A stretch of DNA of 64,000 nt from Macrostomum lignano (taxonomy: Eukaryota), in the NCBI GenBank assembly GCA_002269645.1, contig NIVC01001579.1:1-64000 (forward strand), given 5' to 3'. The notes beneath the pieces are model-generated. The model saw only the letters and a program-made list of their open reading frames with translations. It did no database searches and was not told the DNA's origin. Shown piece after piece: positions 17,749-36,800 of the stretch. Every line of letters starts with the position of its first letter. The first letter of the stretch is position 1. The position numbers and the translations under genes were made by a program.

Positions 17749-18778
17749 TGTTAGGGTTTCTGTTCTCCGGAGCTAAGGATCTCCGGCCCGGAGATCCAGC
17801 ACGAAAAATTTCACGATTTTACGATCGCCCGCACGGATATCAGAAACCATGACATAAGATAAGGTTAGAGATCGCCGCCATGCTAGACTCTCCGGAGTAC
17901 TAGATCTTATTATCCTAGAAAATAAGAGCTATATTAAATTTCTCTGACTGTAGAAAGCCCAGCACGTGAGCAGCTTAACTTGCGCAACTTTCTTCGATAA
18001 GGTTATCTATCTAGTACATCGTACATTCACGTGTAATACATTCACTTTTACACTGCGGAGATAGGAGCTAAGAACGATCTTATCTTACGATGGCTTTATA
18101 GAACGGGCCTAAAATCAATTCGAAGAGGCGTAATCAGGGAAAAGAGCATACATTTTAGCAACCAAAATGCCTTAGATCCCAGAATTTCGAGCATTTAGGT
18201 GATCTAAAGGGTGGCAATTAAGACGCGACAAACCCGGAGTAAGCAGGTCTACATTGTGACCAGGTGCCTCGGTCGCAACGTTAATCGATTAGAAGGTCTC
18301 ACTAGACGTCTCAACGGCAAACATCTCAAGAAATGCTTTCTACAAGTACATTTTTACTACCATTTACCATTCATGCATCGATGAAAATTGCTAAATAGGT
18401 AGAGAAGGCAACTATACACAATGCTCGTAATAAGATTAAAATTTCCGACTTAATAAAAACGGAGACATCGGTAACCGGAGATCCTAAACCAAACCTTAGT
18501 TTTTGCACATGTATCGGAGATCGGCAAACGGTGCCAGAATCTCCGGGGGGGACAACAGAATCTGGTTTAGGATCTCCGGTAGGGGAGACCTGGCCATGCC
18601 CCGGAGATCCCACAATAGTTATGGATCTCCTATCGCGGAGACTCATAACCGTTTGTAGTCTCCGAAGGCGATCCTAAACCCTTTAAGGTCTCCGGTCGGA
18701 GATCCCAGCCCGTTTGCAGTCTCCGGATCGGCGACCCAAAACTGGCCGGAGCCCCGGAGATTATAAACCGTAACACTG
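17747..18778. mobile_element. Putative non-autonomous hAT-like element with imperfect TIRs and many subterminal CTCCGGA(G) motifs
   Basis: Left end CGGTGTTAGGGTTT...CTCCGGAGCT versus reverse complement of right end CAGTGTTACGGTTT...CTCCGGGGCT. CTCCGG/CCGGAG motifs cluster near both ends. No clear TSD. Confidence 0.5.
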
Positions 18779-19247
18779 GCAGTAAAAACTCTAGAACCAG
18801 TTTACATAATTAAAACCCCGTCACATCAAACGCAAGCATGAGTGCGGATCAGAAGGATAAGAAGGGGAGATTCGTTAAATGTTTGATTTTATTGTACAGA
18901 TTTTTCCACAACAATTTGATAAACAAGGTATATTTGATTTCATAGGAATGACGCATCCAGAAAATAAAACTTATCAGCTGTTTGCAGTTCAAATTCGATG
19001 TTCCAAAATAATGATTCAAGTAACTTGAAAAGAGTGTGCTTTAGGGAAAAAAACTCGCATTTATCACAGGGAGTAGGTATGTAACAGGAAAATAGTTAAG
19101 TTCGATTCAAATTTTAGTTAATTAGGTTGATTTTTAATCCTTTAGTAGTTATAGAAAATTTCAAGAAAAATAAGTAGATTCCATAACACGCCTTCTTTTA
19201 CCAAAGTGATTGTTGATGAGTAGTATATCTGTCCTCGCTGCCACAGT

Positions 19248-24195
<4,948 letters not shown>

Positions 24196-25454
24196 CTGCT
24201 CTACTAGACAATCTGCCGCTGTCTATGCAACAAGCTGCCTCTATGTACCAATCTGCCTCTATGTACCAATCTGCCTCTATGTAAGAGTCTATGTTATAAC
24301 AATCTGCCTCTGCGCAACAAGTTGTCTGATTGTGAATATTCCATTGTCAATATTTCCATTTATCTGTATTAATCCACCATTTTAACAATGAAAGTCTGCC
24401 TTTCTGATATTTTCTCAGTAACAATATTAAGACTCATAAAAGTATTTCTGACATCTCATTGACAATTCCAATTCAGAAATGTTGCAAAGTCTCACCAAGT
24501 AGCAGCGAGGTCACGCGGCACAGAATCCTCATGGTTCACTCTCAAATCAATGACTAGTCAGCCTTCGATGCGTCAAAGATGCCTGCAGGTCCCGGGAGAA
24601 GTGAGCTCACAGATACTGCTCAAATCAAATTGACAGTCTAAATGGGAGAGCGAAAAACGAGACTTGCCCCGCCGACAGCTCTTAAGTAGAGAAGACAGGA
24701 GACACGGACAGGGGAGGGAAGGGCCTCAGTCTCCCTTTGATTGAGCCAGGGGGGTGGGGAACCGGTCTCCACGTCAACAAAAGCCCACAGCCCTAGCAAC
24801 CAGTAGCTACAAACCGAGCCCACTCGAGCACGTCCAGTAGGCAAATTCCCGACCAGGAAAAATATCTGAAAAGACAGAACTGCCCATTGGCAGTAACCAA
24901 GGGGGTGAGGAGGGGTCGGGCCCGAGCTGGGAGCGCAGAGCGGAACCGACAGTCATCTATCAAGGTAAAACAATAGTCCTGTGGGGATGCTGCGGGGATG
25001 TGGCTGCTAAGCTGGCCTCGCCCAAAAGCCTGCGCAAGAAGTCAAGCGAAAAGCTCCCAACCGATCCCATGCGCTCGCTCTCTGCCCCCTAACGGTTTAG
25101 TTGGTTGCTAGGGCCAACAATGGGAACACAACTGAGACACAAATTGGGAAGAGAGAGACAGGCAGAAGACAGAACAAAGCTACAGAGGTAGCTGGGTCCG
25201 AGACCAAGTCTCTTTCAATAAAATGCTAATTAATCAAACGGGGAGGCCAGGATTAAATGGCACAAAGTGCTTTGTTCAAGCGGCTCAGGGATTGGAGATG
25301 AGGGAGATGCCAACATTTCCCGAATGAGAATTCTCGATGGGCATCGAAAAATAGCCGCTTTTCACATTGTGCACCGCGCTGTGAAACCAAAAGACTTTTG
25401 CTCAGAATGCTTTTCTATTTTTCTCGTATCTATCGTTATTCCACATTTTCTCCT

Positions 25455-25830
25455 TTCCATTCTACTTCTCTCCCTCCCAGTCTACTTCTCTCCCTCCCAA
25501 TCTACTTCTCTCCCTCCCAATCTACTTCTCTCCCTCCCAATCTACTTCTCTCCCTCCCAATCTACTTCTCTCCCTCCCAATCTACTTCCCTCCCTCCCAG
25601 TCTACTTCTCTCCCTCCCAGTCTACTTCTCTCCTTCCCAGTCTACTTCTCTCCCTCCCACTCTACTTCTCTCCCTCCCACTCTACTTCTCTCCCTCCCAC
25701 TCTACTTCTCTCCCTCCCAATCTACTTCTCTCCCTCCCAATCTACTTTCCTCCCTCCCAATCTACTTTCCTCCCTCCCAATCTACTTCTCTCCCTCCCAA
25801 TCTACTTCTTTCTCTCCCGATCTACTTCTT
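25455..25830. repeat. 20-bp minisatellite TCTACTTCTCTCCCTCCCAA
   Basis: Visible. Confidence 0.95.
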
Positions 25831-26449
25831 ACACTACTCTCCACTTCACTCTTAGCCTATCCTTTTTAAATCTCATTTTTCTCCCCACCAAGCAGCCGCT
25901 TCGCAGACCGAATCCTTCCACTCCAGCCTCTAACAAAGGCGATTAGCAAAGCAATTAAATTTAATTGCTAATAATTAAATGCAGGCGAATCGGACAAATG
26001 AAGCGAGTGGTTTAACTGCAGTGAAAATTTCAATTTAGTTAACAATTTCTGTTAGAAATTTAACAGGTAACTCTTCAAATTTGTATTTTTAATTTGCTGT
26101 AGGAGGCCAGTTTACACGGTAGAGCTATCACAGAAGCAATGGACGGGAAACATCCGTTGGAAACAAATTATTTGAATTATCATTCGCTAAAAACTCCTAC
26201 CGTCTACTTGAATAGGGTTAGACAAGGCATAGGCAATAAAAAGATGAAGACAGCAATTGCTTGACTCGTAACCAAAGCAAAGCCCAACAAACACAGAACA
26301 AGCGAGGCGGATAGCGGAGTTCAAAAACCCAAACTGCAACTTGCTTGCTGCAGAAAAAAGTAAAAAAGAGATATTTAAGCTAGTAGCCAGAATTCACTCG
26401 ACTCTTTTTTGCAAAATAGCTCAGTTACTCAAAATTCAATAGCATGGGG

Positions 26450-27095
26450 CATCAGTGTACACGGACAGGGAGGGTGCTGAGGAGCCAGTGTACACGGACA
26501 GGGAGGGTGCTGAGGAGCCAGTGTACACGGACAGGGAGGGTGCTGAGGAGCCAGTGTACACAGACAGGGAGGGTGCTGAGGAGCCAGTGTACACAGACAG
26601 GGAGGGTGCTGAGGAGCCAGTGTACACAGACAGGGAGGGAGCACAGGAGCCAATGTACACAGACAGGGCAGGGAGCACAAGAGCCAATGTACACAGACAG
26701 GGCAGGGAGCACAGGAGCCAGTGTACACAGACAGGGCAGGGAGCACAGGAGCCAATGTACACAGACAGGGCAGGGAGCACAAGAGCCAATGTACACAGAC
26801 AGGGCAGGGAGCACAGGAGCCAGTGTACACAGACAGGGCAGGGAGCACAGGAGCCAATGTACACAGACAGGGTAGGGAGCACAAGAGCCAATGTACACAG
26901 ACAGGGCAGGGAGCACAGGAGCCAGTGTACACAGACAGGGCAGGGAGCACAAGAGCCAATGTACACAGACAGGGCAGGGAGCACAGGAGCCAGTGTACAC
27001 AGACAGGGCAGGGAGCACAGGAGCCAATGTACACAGACAGGGCAGGGAGCACAAGAGCCAATGTACACAGACAGGGCAGGGAGCACAGGAGCCAG
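26450..27095. repeat. 33/34-bp minisatellite with two unit types
   Basis: GTGTACACGGACAGGGAGGGTGCTGAGGAGCCA grades into TGTACACAGACAGGGCAGGGAGCACAGGAGCCAA. Confidence 0.95.
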
Positions 27096-27136
27096 AGTAC
27101 GTCAGCATTAACAGCAAGGCGAAGGCGGGCAGCAGC

Positions 27137-29806
27137 CTAGCTGATGTACCAGTCCCATTTTCTCGAGTCGCCTTCGCTCATGAGGTCGTCGGGCAGGTCA
27201 AGAGTCTCGCTGGCCAGCGCGGCCGCAGCGCAGTCGTAGCTCAGCAGGCGCATCGCCCGGCTAAGGTCGCTGTCGTCGACATCCTCGCCAGCAGCCAGCT
27301 GGGCAGCAAAGTCGCCATCAACAGTTGCCGGGGCCATAGCGGCGGCCAGTCGGTCAACGCCAGCCTGGTTGGCCTGGGCCAGCCTGCCGAGCTCCTCCTC
27401 CACTGTCTGCATCTCGGCGTGCGCCTGCCGGCAGCAGCGCTCCAGGTGAGCGGCGCAGACCAGCGGCGATTGGTTGGCGCGCAAGTCGTGCCTCAGCTCG
27501 GCCAGCGAGTCCAGGCCGGCCCAGATCTCTCTGAGCAGCCGCTCGCATCGGTCAGCCGAGGTCTCCTCCTGGGAGCCGCCGCTGCGGAGCCGTTGCTCCT
27601 CGGCCGCCAGCTCGAGCTGCTCTTCGGCCAGCCGGTCGCGCTCCGCCTCAACCAGGTCGGCGGCCTCGGCCTCGGCCAGGCGTTGCCGACTGTCCGACAG
27701 GCCGGCCAGGGCCAGCTCGGCGTCCGACTCAAGCTGGGCGAGCCGGTCCTGCAGCCGGCCGAGCTCGGACTCGGCGGCCGGATCGCGCAGCTGGTCCAGC
27801 TGGGCCCGCAGGTGCCGGTGCTGAGCGGGCGAAGTTCCGTCCAGCAGCCAGGCCAGGTAGTCGTCGTAGGCGCACTGGGAAAGAGTAGAAGACGACGGAG
27901 TGTAAAGTAATTTTCGATACATATCGGCAGTTAAAGATCTTATGATAGCGAGTGTAAAGTAATTTTCGATACATATCGGCAGTAAAATACGCTAAACGAC
28001 GGAGTGTAAAGTAATTTTCGATACATATCGGCAGTAAAATACCTTATACGATGGATTGTAAAGTAATTTTCGATACATATCGGCTATAACAAAAACGCTG
28101 TACGAAGTTATATAGTCTCAGTGTAAAGAACCCGATTAAACTTTTTTTGATACATATCGACCCGCTTAGAGTACGCGACGTAAATATTCTGTAACATGCT
28201 AAAATGCTACTACAAGTAGACGGTGACAAACCTTAATTCGATGCAGCACAGAGCCAAACGTATTAGACTGCCTGATAATCTCTTCAAGAGCGGCTGAGTA
28301 CAGCTGCAGCCGGTGAAAACTGGGCCCGGTCGAGTTGCCAAAGTGAATCCGCAAATTCTGCGAGAATCGCGCGTTATGCACAATAATTACCGGTATGAAC
28401 ATTAATTTTGCGCGAAAATTTCATGTAATTATTGAACTGTGATTGTGGGATTAATCATTAGGAACGGTGAATAAGTGCTTCGTGATGCGTGAATTGCATA
28501 CCTTCCAGAACATTTCTGAGTTCATCCAGGTCAGAGTCACTTTAAGGTGAGGATTGAGAGAGCAGAGAAATATATGAATTATAAATTCTTCAGTAGGTTT
28601 AACTGCTAAGTAAAATACTCGGGTCATAGATACATGGACTCGGGTCAAAGATACATAGACTCGGGTCATAGAGACATGGACTCGGGTCATCGACACATGG
28701 ACTCGGGTCATAAATACATGGACTCGGGTCATAAACACATGGACTCGGGTCATAGATACATGGACTCGGGTCATAAACACATGGACTCGGGTCATAGATA
28801 CATGGACTCGGGTCATAGACATATGGACTCGGATCATAGACACATGGAATCGGGTCATAGACACATGGACTCGGGTCATAGATACATGGACTCGGGTCAT
28901 AGACACATGGACTCGGATCATAGACACACGGACTCGGGTCATAGACACACGGACTCGGGTCATAGATACATGGACTCGGGTCATAGACACATGGATTCCG
29001 GTCATAGACACATGGACTCGGGTCATAGATACATGGATTCGGGTCATAGACACATGGATTCCGGTCATAGACACATGGATTCCGGTCATAGACACATGGA
29101 TTCCGGTCATAGACACATGGACTCGGGCCATAGACACATGGATTCCAGTCATAGACACATGGATTCCGGTCATAGACACATGGATTCCGGTCATAGACAC
29201 ATGGATTCCGGTCAGAAACCAGTGCCAATCCCACAGATTCAATTCACCTCCTGCAGCCTCAGCTCGAGGTCCCGCACAGCACCGTAGCCGCTCATGAGGT
29301 CCTGCTCGGTGGTGTCCTGCTCCCGCACCACCCGTTTCCGCACCAGCTGGGCCCGACGATAATTGGCCGCGTGGCTGCCGTCGCTTCCTGTCTCGACGGG
29401 CGCCAGGAAGCGCTGCGGCGGCGCCGTCGGCGGCAGAATCTCTTCAACTAGAGCTTCCCGGTGCAGCTCCGGCTGCTGAGGAGCCTTAGGTTGCTGCTGC
29501 TGATGCTGCTTTGGCGTCAGAAGTCGCACCCGTCGCACCGGCACGCTCGTGTCTGTTGACCCAACAGCGCCATTCGGCGATCCGGCGCCGTCCGCCCGTT
29601 CCAGCAGGCGATTCCGCCGCGGCGGCTCTGGCGGCTTGTACAGCCGCGACTCGTTGAGGTGACCGACGGTGAATTCGCGTACGTCTGATTTGTGCGCCGC
29701 CTCGAGGCCGTCAAGAAGTCGGCCCAGCGGCGCTGGCGGCGGCGTCGGGACGGCCGACGGCGCTGGAGGCCGACGAGCGGCGGCGGCGGCAACTACAGGC
29801 GGCGGC
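27137..29806 (-). CDS. C6orf118: C6orf118-like coiled-coil protein
   Basis: Exons 29248-~29806, 28232-28357 and 27137-27874, all joined in phase 0. LLDGLEAAHKSDVREFTVGHLNESRLYKPPE and RLQLYSAALEEIIRQSNTFGSVLHRIK-CAYDDYLAWLL match my recollection of human C6orf118 (HREDV...GHLN.NKLYQPPE; RLQLFSQVFEDIC.SS.IFG..L...K..Y..Y...LL). No in-frame ATG in exon 1. A BLAST search would confirm the assignment. Confidence 0.7.
27895..28140. repeat. Degenerate intronic repeat GTGTAAAGTAATTTTCGATACATATCGGCAG
   Basis: Four to five visible copies with variable spacing. Confidence 0.8.
28620..29212. repeat. Intronic 21-bp minisatellite GGACTCGGGTCATAGACACAT
   Basis: About 28 copies. Confidence 0.95.
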
Positions 29807-30311
29807 TAAAGGTTTAAGAAAAAATAATATTATTTTGGCTTTGCCTACTCATAGTAGTCAAAGTTCTAGAAAAATTTCTCAGCAAAAATTCTCTAAAACA
29901 GGAAGTTTCGAGCTTGTGAAAGCGACTAAGGACCCTGTTCCTTAATTTTGCTAGTACAATTAAAATAAATACGCGCAAACAAGCCCAATCAGTTTCAAAG
30001 TTAATATATTAATCATATTTGCATTAAGAACTAACGGAAACGAAAAGAATGGCACTAGACTTCGCGCTAGTGAGTTCGAGAGCAAGACTGGGTAAACAAT
30101 GGGAAAATCGGCCTTCAAAACAAAGTTTCTATTATTCAATAGACAGCACCAAGAAACACTGGTGTGAAAAAAATTACAGAGCAAAGCTTCAACGGGAATA
30201 GAGAAGCAGAACGTGTAGGAAATCTGTTAGAAGGCATGAACACTTTTTATTGCAGTTTGAGGCTGAAAGCACAAAATAATTGATGGTCATAAACAAAGGC
30301 AAACATAGACA

Positions 30312-30610
30312 ACCATGACTTCTGGTCATTGACATACCTATGACTTCTGGTCATTGACATACCCATGACTTTTGGTCATTGATATACCCATGACTTCTGG
30401 TCATTGATATACCTATGACTTCTGGTCATTGACATACCCATGACTTTTGGTCATTGATATACCTATGACTTCTGGTCATTGATATACCCATGACTTTTGG
30501 TCATTGACATACCTATGACTTCTGGTCATTGATATACCCATGACTTCTGGTCATTGATATACCCATGACTTCTGGTCATTGATATACCTATGACTTCTGG
30601 TCATAGACAT
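30312..30610. repeat. 25-bp minisatellite CATGACTTCTGGTCATTGATATACC
   Basis: About 11 copies; the unit contains a short inverted repeat (ATGAC/GTCAT). Confidence 0.95.
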
Positions 30611-30863
30611 AAACTTGGGTAATACACAGAAAATAATAAGCAACGATAATTTAAAAATCAAAAATTAAAAACATCATGAACCAGCGGGTTTGCTATAATT
30701 ACTACTGCTAATTGATTACCAATGACTTGCTACTATTTCGTAATTTCAACATGAAACATTTCGCATGGCACAATAAAATAAAAAGAATGCAATGAGATGA
30801 AACAAAATTAAAAAACCGCTTAGTCAATTCAAGCAATCGAACAAAAAACGCAAAAAATCCGAA

Positions 30864-33800
30864 TCAACGCTTGATTCCGGGGAAGCTGTACTTGGCCGAT
30901 TTGACAAAACGGACGCCTTCCGCCGGCCGATGCAGCTCAAATATCATCACCTGCAGAGGATGGGCATGAAAATAGTGCTAAAAGAAATGCCTTTATTGTG
31001 CACTGGGCAATTTTTAATGTGATTATTTAATTGCCTTAATTCCAATGCTAACATTGAACTTTGTTATGGGAATGAGGTTGGAAAGAGGGGAAGGTATATC
31101 AAAGAGGGAAAAAAAGGGAGGTGGAAGAGAGCAGGGCAGAGAGGGGAGAGAGCAGGGTAGAGAGGGGAGAGAGCAGGGTAGAGAGGGGAGAGAGCAGGGC
31201 AGAGAGGGGAGAGAGCAGGGCAGAGAGGGGAGAGAGCAGGGCAGAGAGGGGAGAGAGCAGGGCAGAGAGGGGAGAGAGCAGGATAGATGGGAGAGAGCAG
31301 GATAGAGGGGAGAGAGCAGGGTAGAGAGGGGAGAGAGCAGGATAGAGGGGAGAGAGCAGGGCATAGAGGGGAGAGAGCAGGGCATAGAGGGGAGAGAGCA
31401 GGGCAGAGAGGGGAGAGAGCAGGGCAGAGAGGGGAGAGAGCAGGGCAGAGAGGGGAGAGAGCAGGGCAGAGAGGGGAGAGAGCAGGGCAGAGAAGGGAGA
31501 GAGCAGGGTAGAGAGGGGAGAGAGCAGGGCAGAGAGGGGAGAGAGCAGGATAGAGGGGAGAGAGCAGGGTAGAGAGGGGAGAGAGCAGGATAGAGGGGAG
31601 AGAGCAGGGCAGAGAGGGGAGAGAGCAGGATAGAGAGGGGAGAGAGCAGGGTAGAGAAGGGAGAGAGCAGGGTAGAGAGGGGAGAGAGCAGGGCAGAGAG
31701 GGGAGAGAGCAGGGTAGAGAGGGGAGAGAGCAGGGTAGAGAGGGGAGAGAGCAGGATAGAGGGGAGAGAGCAGGGCAGAGAGGGGAGACAGCAGGGCAGA
31801 GAGGGGAGAGAGCAGGGTAGAGAGGGGAGAGAGCAGGGCAGAGAAGGGAGAGAGCAGGGTAGAGAGGGGAGAGCAGGGCAGAGAAGGGAGAGAGCAGGGT
31901 AGAGAGGGGAGAGAGCAGGGTAGAGAGGGGAGAGCAGGGCAGAGAAGGGAGAGAGCAGGGTAGAGAGGGGAGAGAGCAGGGCAGAGAGGGGAGAGAGCAG
32001 GGCAGAGAAGGGAGAGAGCAGGGCAGAGATGGGAGAGAGCAGGGCAGAGAGGGGAGAGAGCAGGGCAGAGAGGGGAGAGAGCAGGGCAGAGAAGGGAGAG
32101 AGCAGGGTAGAGAGGGGAGAGAGCAGGGCAGAGAGGGGAGAGAGCAGGGTAGAGAGGGGAGAGAGCAGGGCAGAGAGGGGAGAGAGCAGGGCAGAGAGGG
32201 GATAGAGCAGGGCAGAGAAGGGAGAGAGCAGGGTAGAGAGGGGAGAGAGCAGGGCAGAGAGGGGAGAGAGCAGGGTAGAGAGGGGAGAGAGCAGGGTAGA
32301 GAGGGGAGAGAGCAGGGAAGAGAGGGGAGAGAGCAGGGTAGAGAGGGGAGAGAGCAGGATAGAGGGGAGAGAGCAGGGCAGAGAGGGGAGAGAGCAGGAT
32401 AGAGGGGAGAGAGCAGGGCAGAGAGGGGAGAGAGCAGGGTAGAGAGGGGAGAGAGCAGGATAGAGGGGAGAGAGCAGGGTAGAGAGGGGAGAGAGCAGGA
32501 TAGAGGGGAGAGAGCAGGGCATAGAGGGGAGAGAGCAGGGCAGAGAGGGGAGAGAGCAGGATAGAGGGGAGAGAGCAGGGCAGAGAGGGGAGAGAGCAGG
32601 GTAGAGAGGGGAGAGAGCAGGATAGAGGGGAGAGAGCAGGGTAGAGAGGGGAGAGAGCAGGATAGAGGGGAGAGAGCAGGGCATAGAGGGGAGAGAGCAG
32701 GGCAGAGAGGGGAGAGAGCAGGGCATAGAGGGGAGAGAGCAGGGCAGAGAGGGGAGAGAGCAGATAGGCAGAGGTAAATAGGGGGGAGATGAATCGCAGA
32801 TAGAGAGCGAGAAGAGATGATATGTAGGGAGAGAGAGAGACAGTGAGAGGAACAGAAGAACAAGCAGCAAAGAGGAAACAAAAGGATCTGGGACAGAATG
32901 CAGGAGAATTCCAATCCTCTCCTAGAAGTTATCAATCACCTCGTTCTGTCCCGAGCGCAGAAACGGAGCCGGCAGGTACAGAGTCTTCTGCGGGCCGACA
33001 TTCCAGTACCGGCCGATGTTCTCCCCGTTGACGAACACGACGCCCTTGACCCAGTCCGACATGTCGACGAAGGTGTCACGCGGCAGCTCATCGGCGCCGA
33101 TGTCTAGCAGGACACGGTGCAGACTGGGTCCGGGGTAGACGGCGGGCGCCGCGGTGGCGGGAGCTCCGGCTGTGCCGTTGGCAGCGGCGGCGGAGACGAC
33201 TGGAACCTTAGGCGGGACGGGCGGCTTGCGCACGGGTTTCCAGGCCTCGTTGCTACCCAGCAGTTTGGCCAGGAACGGCTTGCGAAAGTCCAACGAGACA
33301 ATTTTGTAGCTGCGAAGCGGCCGGCCGTCCAGGGCCAGCTGGCCCGGCGATTGCACGCCTGGCGATGACTTGCTCGAAGCCGCCGGCACCGCCGCAGACA
33401 CGCCTTTGCGTTGGCGATTAAACGAACTCGACTGGAAGGTGGCGTAGTTCACCCGGCCGAGGTTTTCAACAAGGACGTCGAGGACGCTGGAAGACGAGGA
33501 TGCCGCTTGATCGGCGACAGCGGCGGCAGCAGCTTTGCGGCTGGGTAGCGACTTGGCCAGGCTGAGGTGGGTGACAGGCGGGGCGGCCTCAGGCAGCGGG
33601 TGGTACACCACTCCGGACATGGGGTCGGCCGGGTCGATGGGAGCACCGTTGACGAGCACCTGCGTGTGATTGACAGACATGCCAGTGCGATGCTGCTGTA
33701 TTTCATTTTTTAATAACTCCAAATCCAAAGACTTAAATAGAGGCCTCAACTGTCCCAGGATTATCAATAGATCTCCCAAAGGATTCTCAATGGATCCCAA

Positions 33801-36800
33801 CAGGATTATCAATAGATCCCCACAGGATTATCAATAGATCCCCACAGGATTATTAATAGATCATACAGGATCATCAATAGATCCCCACAGGATTATCAAT
33901 AGATCCCCACAGGATTATCAATAGATCCCCACAGGATTATCAATAGATCCCCACAGGATTATCAACAGATTCCCACAGGATTATCAATAGATCCCCACAG
34001 GATTATCAATAGATCCCCTAGGATTACCAATAGATCCCCACAGGATTATCAATAGATCATACAGGATTACCAATAGATCCCCACAGGATTATTAATAGAT
34101 CATACAGGATCATCAATAGATCCCCACAGGATTATCAATAGATTCTCACAGGATTCTCAATGGATCCCAACAGGATTATCAATAGATCCCCACAGGATTA
34201 TCAATAGATCCCAACAGGATTATCAATAGATCCCCACAGGATTACCAATAGATCCCCACAGGATCATCAATAGATCCCCACATGATTCTTAATAGATCCT
34301 CACAGGATTATCAATAGATCCCCACAGGATTATCAATAGATCCCCACATGATTATCAATAGATCCCCACAGGATCATCAATAGATCCCCACATGATTCTT
34401 AATAGATCCTCACAGGATTATCAATAGATCCCCACAGGATTATCAATAGATCCCCACATGATTATCAATAGATCCCCACAGGATTATCAATAGATCCCCA
34501 CATGATTCTTAATAGATCCTCACAGGATTATCAATAGATCCCCACAGGATTATCAATAGATCCCCACATGATTATCAATAGATCCCCACAGGATTATCAA
34601 TAGATCCCCACAGGATTATCAATAGATCCCCACATGATTATCAATAGATCCCCACAGGATCATCAATAGATCCCCACATGATTCTTAATAGATCCTCACA
34701 GGATCATCAATAGATCCCCACAGGATTATCAATGGATCACCACAGGATTCTCAGTAGATTCCCCACATGATTCTTAATAGATCCCCACAGGATTATCAAT
34801 AGGTCCCCACATGATTCTCAATAGATCCCCACAGGATTCTCAATAGATTCCCCTAGGATTCTCAATAGATTCCCCCAGGACATTCAAAAGAGAGCTATAA
34901 TAAATCAGCCATACCTGAGCCCTGTCAGCAACGTGGCCAAAAATAGTGAGGTTCTTAGCGGAATCAAAAGCGGACCGGTACAAAATAAAGCCGTAGTTCT
35001 GGTGCACCTCCTCCATGAACTTTAGAGTCTCAGACATTGTTGTCTTCTAAAAGAAGGCAAGTTTATAAATACGTATAATCGCACAATAGGATTAAAAAAG
35101 TGACTTGTACACAATAGACAAACTTACATCGACCATTTCAACAAGTTTGTCCCAGTGCATGGTCCATTTCACTGGCCAATTACCTGAAATGTCAGATACC
35201 TTCTTAAGCAGTGAAGATTTTTATCCAAACTTGGAGTAACTTTATTCAGGTGTGATTTTGGTCAGATGTAATTTTGGTCAGGTGTAATTTCGGTCAGGTA
35301 TAATTTCGGTCAGGTGTGATTTCGGTCAGGTGTAATTTCGGTCAGGTGTGATTTCGGTCAGGTGTGATTTCGGTCAGGTATAATTTCGGTCAGGTGTAAT
35401 TTCGGTCAGGTGTCATTTCGGTCAGGTGTAATTTCGGTCAGGTGTAATTTCGGTCAGGTGTGATTTCGGTCAGGTGTCATTTCGGTCAGGTGTGATTTCG
35501 GTCAGGTGTCATTTCGGTCAGGTGTGATTTCGGTCAGGTGTCATTTCGGTCAGGTGTAATTTGGTCAGGTGTCATTTCGGTCAGGTGTAATTTCGGTCAG
35601 GTGTAATTTCGGTCAGGTGTGATTTCGGTCAGGTGTCATTTCGGTCAGGTGTGATTTCGGTCAGGTGTCATTTCGGTCAGGTGTGATTTCGGTCAGGTGT
35701 CATTTCGGTCAGGTGTGATTTCGGTCAGGTGTGATTTCGGTCAGGTGTGATTTCGGTCAGGTGTCATTTCGGTCAGGTGTGATTTCGGTCAGGTGTCATT
35801 TCGGTCAGGTGTGATTTCGGTCAGGTGTCATTTCGGTCAGGTGTGATTTCGGTCAGGTGTGATTTCGGTCAGGTGTCATTTCGGTCAGGTATAATTTCTG
35901 TCAAGTGTGATTTCGGTCAGGTGTAATTTCGGTCAGGTATAATTTCGGTCAGGTGTCATTTCGGTCAGGTATAATTTCGGTCAGGTGTCATTTCGGTCAG
36001 GTGTAATTTCGGTCAGGTGTGATTTCGGTCAGGTATAATTTCGGTCAGGTGTCATTTCGGACAAGTTTTTCCTGTATAACTTTTCAAAGATTTTTCAATT
36101 ATAATTTTTACGCCTGTTAATAACTTTTGTTTTTTGTTATATAAAATAAAAACCCGGAAATTTTGAAACATTATAACAAAGATTTTGTTAAAAAGAAGCA
36201 TCTTTTGAGATAAAAGCAATTTTAGGTTCATTAGTTTGATTATTGACCAGAATGACCCCTATTGGCCCCAATTGACCCTATATGCCTCACCATAGTCCTT
36301 GGTAGGAATCGGGGCCGGTATATCCGGCAAGCTTTTCACGGCAGTTTTAGACAGCCTGGCCAGCATGAGCTCGCGAATTCGGTGATATTTTTCAGTTGGC
36401 TGCCCGTTCTCGCTCAGCGGGGCGTCATAATCGTAGCTGGTGATTAGCAGCGATCCGGTGATGCCGTTGTAGCCGTTCATGAAACCGAAATTGGTGCCGC
36501 CGTGGAACATGTACAGATTGATGCTGGCGCCCTGGTCTAGCAGGCTGGTGACCGAGTCTACCAGGTCTGGCAGGCTGATCACCTGCGATGATGGGGTGCG
36601 ATGTTGGTGATTAGTCAATGACCGGCATGTGATCTTTTAAGTGACAGCCATGTGATATGGAGAGCGATCCTGAAAAACCGCCACTAGACCTTTTAACTGT
36701 CGCGTGTCCTCTAAACCAACCGTCATGTAGGTTTCAACCTAACCTTCACGTGAAGGGGGGCCGTAGCCCAGCGGTAGCGCAGCTGCTCTGGTGTGCCAGC

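Noticed and set aside
24480-25315. Possible solo LTR (TGTTG...CAACA)
   Set aside because: Termini fit, but the flanks (AGAAA / TTTCC) give no target-site duplication and there is no second copy in the window.
31023-32935. 615/623-aa Leu/Ser/Pro/Cys ORFs
   Set aside because: Translations of the intronic 21-bp repeat.
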